Positions 59,445 through 64,000 of a DNA stretch of 64,000 bases are shown piece by piece. The DNA comes from an uncultured bacterium (GTDB taxonomy: Bacteria > Babelota > Babeliae > Babelales > Vermiphilaceae), in assembly GCA_963707655.1 (NCBI GenBank), contig OY970172.1, positions 96,001 to 160,000 on the forward strand, in the 5' to 3' direction. The notes under the pieces were generated by a model that ran no database searches, was not told the origin of the DNA, and saw only the letters and a list, made by a program, of their open reading frames with translations. The translations under genes were made by a program, and so were the position numbers. The number at the start of each line of letters is the position of its first letter. Positions within the stretch are counted from its first letter, which is position 1.

Positions 59445-59817
59445 ATGCCTACGATAAATCAGCTTTCTCGATTTGGCAGACAGCAAGAAAAGGAAAAGTC
59501 GAAAAGCCCAGCGCTTAAAGGATCTCCTCAGGCTCGTGGTGTTTGTACTCGCGTGTTTACCCAAACCCCTAAAAAGCCAAACTCCGCGTTGCGTAAAGTA
59601 GCCCGTGTTAAGCTTTCAACAGGAATTGAAGTAACTGCATACATACCCGGTGAAGGACACAATCTTCAAGAACACTCTGTGGTGCTTGTACGTGGTGGTA
59701 AGCGTTCCAGATTTACCAGGTGTTAAGTATCACATCGTGCGTGGAGCACTTGATGCTGGTGGTGTTGAAAAGAGAAGACAAGGCCGTTCGTTGTATGGCG
59801 CTAAACGTCCCAAATAA
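59445..59817 (+). CDS. rpsL: 30S ribosomal protein S12 (one +1 indel near 59700, probably a sequence error)
   Basis: [29 protein letters not shown]; removing one A restores ...[15 protein letters not shown]...YGAKRPK-stop. Confidence 0.93.
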
Positions 59818-59828
59818 AAGGTTAGAAT

Positions 59829-60311
59829 ATGCCTAGACGTAAAACACAAAATCAAAAAAGAGCAATCGGCGTTGACCCTATTTATGGCTCCGATTTAGTT
59901 CAAAAATTAATTAACGTAATTATGAAGGGCGGCAAAAAGAACGTTGCGCGCACCATAGTTTACGATGCCTTAAATGTTTTAATTAAGAAGAATCAGGGCG
60001 ATCAAGAAAAAGCTATCCAGTTTTTTAACAAGTCTTTTGAAAAACTAGTTCCTTTGATTGAGGTTAAACCGCGCCGTGTTGGCGGTAGTGTTTACCAAAT
60101 CCCGGTGGAAGTAAGTTTTGACCGTGGTCGTGCCTTGGCACTTCGTTGGTTGATTCAAGCGGCGGCGTCTCGATCAGATAAAACTATGGGATCTCGTCTT
60201 GCTTATGAAATTTTAGATGCCTATGACGGGCGCGGTGGTGCGGTAAAAAAACGATCTGACGTTCACAAAATGGCAGAATCAAATAGAGCTTTCTCTCATT
60301 TTGCTTGGTAA
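59829..60311 (+). CDS. rpsG: 30S ribosomal protein S7
   Basis: MPRR, RRVGGSVYQIP, HKMAESNRAFSH. Confidence 0.97.
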   Translation: MPRRKTQNQKRAIGVDPIYGSDLVQKLINVIMKGGKKNVARTIVYDALNVLIKKNQGDQEKAIQFFNKSFEKLVPLIEVKPRRVGGSVYQIPVEVSFDRGRALALRWLIQAAASRSDKTMGSRLAYEILDAYDGRGGAVKKRSDVHKMAESNRAFSHFAW

Positions 60312-60326
60312 TAAGGGTTTGTAATA

Positions 60327-62396
60327 ATGAGTATTCCATTAAGAAAATATAGAAATATTGGTATCGCCGCTCACATTGACGCGGGAAAGACAACGGTTAC
60401 TGAACGTATTTTTTTTTATACCGGTGTTTCTCACAAGATTGGTGAGGTTCACGAGGGTGAAGCTACCATGGACTGGATGGAGCAAGAGCGCGAGCGTGGT
60501 ATTACCATTCAATCAGCGGCAATTACTTGTTTCTGGAAAGATTATCATATTAATATTATCGATACTCCAGGACACGTTGATTTTACCATCGAAGTTGAGC
60601 GTTCATTGCGCGTTCTTGATGGTGTAGTTGCGGTTTTTGTGGCGTTGAAGGGGTTCAGCCTCAGTCAGAAACGGTATGGCGTCAAGCTAATCGTTATAAG
60701 GTTCCTCGTATTATTTTTGTTAACAAGCTTGATCGCGTCGGTGCAGATTTTCTCGCGTTATTGATGATGTTAACGATAAATTGAGGGCTAATGCTGTTCC
60801 GATGCAAGTCCAAGTGGGATTGTCTGAGAATTTTACCGGTATTATCGATGTGTTGACCCGTAAAATGGCAACTTTTGGTGGTGATCTTGGTACAGAAGTA
60901 ATTTGGTCTGAGGTTCCTGATGAATACACTGAGCGCGTAGAGCAATGCATACAACAGAATTGTAGAAGCAGCATGCGATGTTGATGATCGTCTTGCCGAT
61001 AAATTTTTAAATGAAGAGCCTATCACGGTAGAAGAAATTAAAACAGCTATTCGTAAAGGAATCATAGATCATTAAATTGGTTCCGGCATTTTGCGGAACA
61101 GCCTTTAAGAATAAGGGTGTTCAGCTCATGCTTGATGGTGTGGTTGATTATCTTCCGTCCCCGCTTGATGTTCCGCCTATTGAAGGAACTATACCGGGAA
61201 CTGATAAAAAAATTGCTATTCCTTCAGATCCAAATGGTCCATTTTGCGCTTTAGCATTCAAAATTATGACCGATCCTTTTGTCGGTGTTTTGAACTTTAT
61301 TCGTGTGTATTCAGGTGAATTGCGTGCTGGTTCATATGTGGTAAATGCGCGCACACGTTCTAAAGAGCGTGTAAGTCGTTTCGTGAAAATGCACTGCTAA
61401 TAAGCGTGAAGAAATTGATGTAGTTCGTGCAGGCGATATTGCGGCAGTTATTGGGGTAAAAGATACTATTACTGGTGATACGTTGTGTGATGAAAAAAAT
61501 CTTGTTTTGCTTGAGTCTATTAATGTCCCGGCTCCTGTTATTTCAACTTCTGTTGAGCCAAAAAACAAGGCTGATTATGAAAAAATGGTGTTGTCGCTTA
61601 CGAAAGATGATGCAAGAAGATCCTTCATTCCAATTTACTTACGACGAAGAAACGGGACAAACGGTTATTCTGGTATGGGTGAGTTGCATCTTGAAATTGT
61701 TGTTGATCGTTTAAAGCGTGAACATAAAGTTGAAGTTGTTCAAGGTAAGCTGCAAGTTGCTTATAAAGAAACTATCCAAAAGCAGTTGAATGCAGAAGGT
61801 AAATATATTAAGCAATCTGGTGGTAAGGGTCAGTATGGCCATGTTTGGATCAAGTTTGAGCCTTTAGAGCGAGGTAAGGGCTTTGAGTTTGTGAACAAGA
61901 TTGTAGGTGGTTCTATTCCAAGAGAATTTATTCCTGCGGTACAAAAAGGTCTTGAGGAAGCAAAGTCTACTGGTGTTCTTGGCGGATATCCGGTGGTTGA
62001 TTTCAAGGCATCTTTATATGATGGTTCCTACCATGATGTTGATTCTTCTGAAGTTGGCATTCAAAATTGCTGCTTCAATGGCATTCAAAGAAGGGTTGTT
62101 GCAAAAGCGTCGCCTGTGTTGCTTGAGCCTATTATGAAAGTGGAAGTTGATACCCCAGAAGAATATATGGGTGATGTGATGGGTGATTTGAATTCGCGTC
62201 GTGGACGAATTCTCGGGATGGAAGCGCAAGGGTGATAAGCAAGATTATTAGCGCAGAAGTGCCATTGGGAGAGATGTTTGGTTATGCAACTGATCTTCGC
62301 TCGATGACTAAAGGCCGTGCGGGATATTCGATGGAATTTGAATGTTATCGCGAAGTTCCAAAGCATGTGCAAGATAGCATTATAGAAAAGAAATAG
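60327..62396 (+). CDS. fusA: Elongation factor G (about ten 1-bp indels, probably sequence errors)
   Basis: [54 protein letters not shown] found in successive frames. Confidence 0.93.
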
Positions 62397-62435
62397 TATT
62401 TTAATTATATTATGTGTCAGTGAGAAGATTGATCA

Positions 62436-63635
62436 ATGGCACGAAATGTATTTGAGCGTAAAAAGCCTCACGTTAAATATTGGTACAATTGGTCACGTTG
62501 ACCATGGTAAAACAACTTTAACTGCTGCAATTACAAGCTATCTTGCCATCAAAGGGTATGGCTGAAGCTAGGGCGTTTGATCAAATTGATAATGCGCCAG
62601 AAGAAAAAGAGCGCGGTATTACTATTTCATACTTCTCACGTTGAATATGAAACAGCAAAACGTCACTATGCGCACGTTGACTGTCCTGGTCACGCTGACT
62701 ATGTAAAAAACATGATCACCGGTGCTGCACAGATGGATGGTGCAATTCTTGTTGTTTCCGCTGCAGATGGTGCGATGCCTCAAACTCGTGAACATATCGT
62801 TTTGGCGAAAAACGTTAACGTTCCTGCATTGGTTGTATTCCTTAACAAAGTTGATATGGTCGATGATCGCAGAAATGGTTGACATGGTTGAAGAAGAAAT
62901 CAGAGAACTGTTGAAGAAATATGATTTCCCTGGCGATACAATTCCCGTCATTCGTGGATCTGCCCTTAAAGCACTAAATGGCGATAAAGGTGAATTAGGT
63001 TACGAAGCAATGCAAAAATTGATGGATGCAGTTGATACCTATATTCCAGATACCAGTACGTGAAATCGATAAGCCATTCTTGATGCCAGTTGAAGGCGTA
63101 TTCTCAATTTCTGGTCGTGGTACTGTTGCTACCGGTAGAATTGAAACCGGTAAAGTTAAAGTTGGTGAAGAAGTTGAAATTATTGGATTTGGAAGCAAAT
63201 GCGAAAACAACCGTAACAGGCGTTGAAATGTTCAGAAAGATTACTGAACGAAGGTCAAGCTGGTGATAACGTTGGTCTTTTACTTCGTGGTATCAAAGAA
63301 AGAAGATGTTGAGCGTGGTATGGTTATTGCAAAACCGGTATCAATTACCCCTCACACGAAATTCAAATGCAAAGTTTATATTCTTACTAAAGAAGAAGGT
63401 GGACGTCATAGCTCCATTCTTCAATGGTTATCGTCCGCAATTCTATTTCAGAACAACAGACGTTACAGGTATGGTACCCTTGCCTGAAGGTCGTGAAATG
63501 GTTATGCCTGGTGATAACGTTGAATTAACTGTTGAATTGATTGCTCCAATAGCTATGGACAAAGACTTACGTTTTGCTATTCGTGAAGGTGGCAGAACAG
63601 TTGGTTCTGGTGTTGTTACTGAAATTATCAAATAA
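62436..63635 (+). CDS. tuf: Elongation factor Tu (multiple 1-bp indels, probably sequence errors)
   Basis: [62 protein letters not shown]. Confidence 0.94.
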
Positions 63636-63647
63636 TTAGGTGAGTCG

Positions 63648-63952
63648 ATGAAAAAACAAAAAATACGTTTAACATTAAGATCATATGATCATCAATTGCT
63701 TGATAAAGCAGTTAAACAAATTGTTTTGACAGTAAAAAGAACAGGTTCCCAGTTAATGGGACCTGTTCCTATGCCTAATAAAAAGCGTTGTTTTACCGTA
63801 TTGCGTTCTCCGCACATTGATAAAAAATCACGCGAGCAGTTTGAATTAACAACTCATAGACGTATTTTAGATATTGTTTCACCTTCAGATCAAACGATGG
63901 ATGCCTTATGAAATTGAATATATCATCTGGTGTTGATGTTGAGATTAAGTAA
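63648..63952 (+). CDS. rpsJ: 30S ribosomal protein S10 (one indel near 63907)
   Basis: KIRLTLRSYDH, VLRSPHIDKKSREQFE; continues as MKLNISSGVDVEIK-stop after a 1-bp shift. Confidence 0.93.
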
Positions 63953-63967
63953 GTGGAAGGTTATTCA

Positions 63968-64000
63968 ATGGTTACAGGTATTATGGGGTAAAAAAATAGG
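63968..64000 (+). CDS. rplC: Start of 50S ribosomal protein L3 (runs off the window)
   Basis: MVTGIMG-x-KIG pattern directly after rpsJ. Confidence 0.55.

Noticed and set aside
59445..63952. Programmed frameshifting or true pseudogenes in rpsL, fusA, tuf and rpsJ
   Set aside because: Too many indels in both directions in essential genes with perfectly conserved motifs; best explained by sequence error

Overview
A low-GC bacterial chromosome segment made mostly of housekeeping genes. These include radA (3' end), murA, atpG, tsaE, a tRNA cluster, rpmG-secE-nusG-rplKAJL-rpoBC, rpsO-pnp-rph, glmM, trpS, uvrD, hflX, ffh-rpsP-khpA-trmD-rplS, murC, yidC, recR, pepP, rplM, rseP and the start of the str/S10 operons. 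Between them lie many orphan genes with signal peptides. The gene style (ankyrin protein, orphan secreted proteins, broken-up core operons) suggests a protist-associated intracellular bacterium, most plausibly Candidatus Dependentiae/Babelota (inference; no search was run). Most interesting observations: (1) an intact cdaA-cdaR-glmM operon whose diadenylate cyclase lacks both catalytic motifs (DGA and RHR), so it looks like a pseudo-enzyme; (2) unrelated secreted proteins sharing an 'A|M-D/E' signal-peptide junction, including a four-gene coiled-coil array with aromatic C-termini and homologous terminators; (3) exported two-domain GT2 glycosyltransferases; (4) a TrmD-SPOUT fusion; (5) a Cys-rich insertion in RpoB; (6) a nested inverted-repeat element after tRNA-Tyr; (7) a metalloprotease-like gene bracketed by two copies of one hairpin. 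From about 59.7 kb, essential genes carry many 1-bp indels that are almost certainly sequencing or assembly errors. No CRISPR array, rRNA, transposase or integrase was seen.
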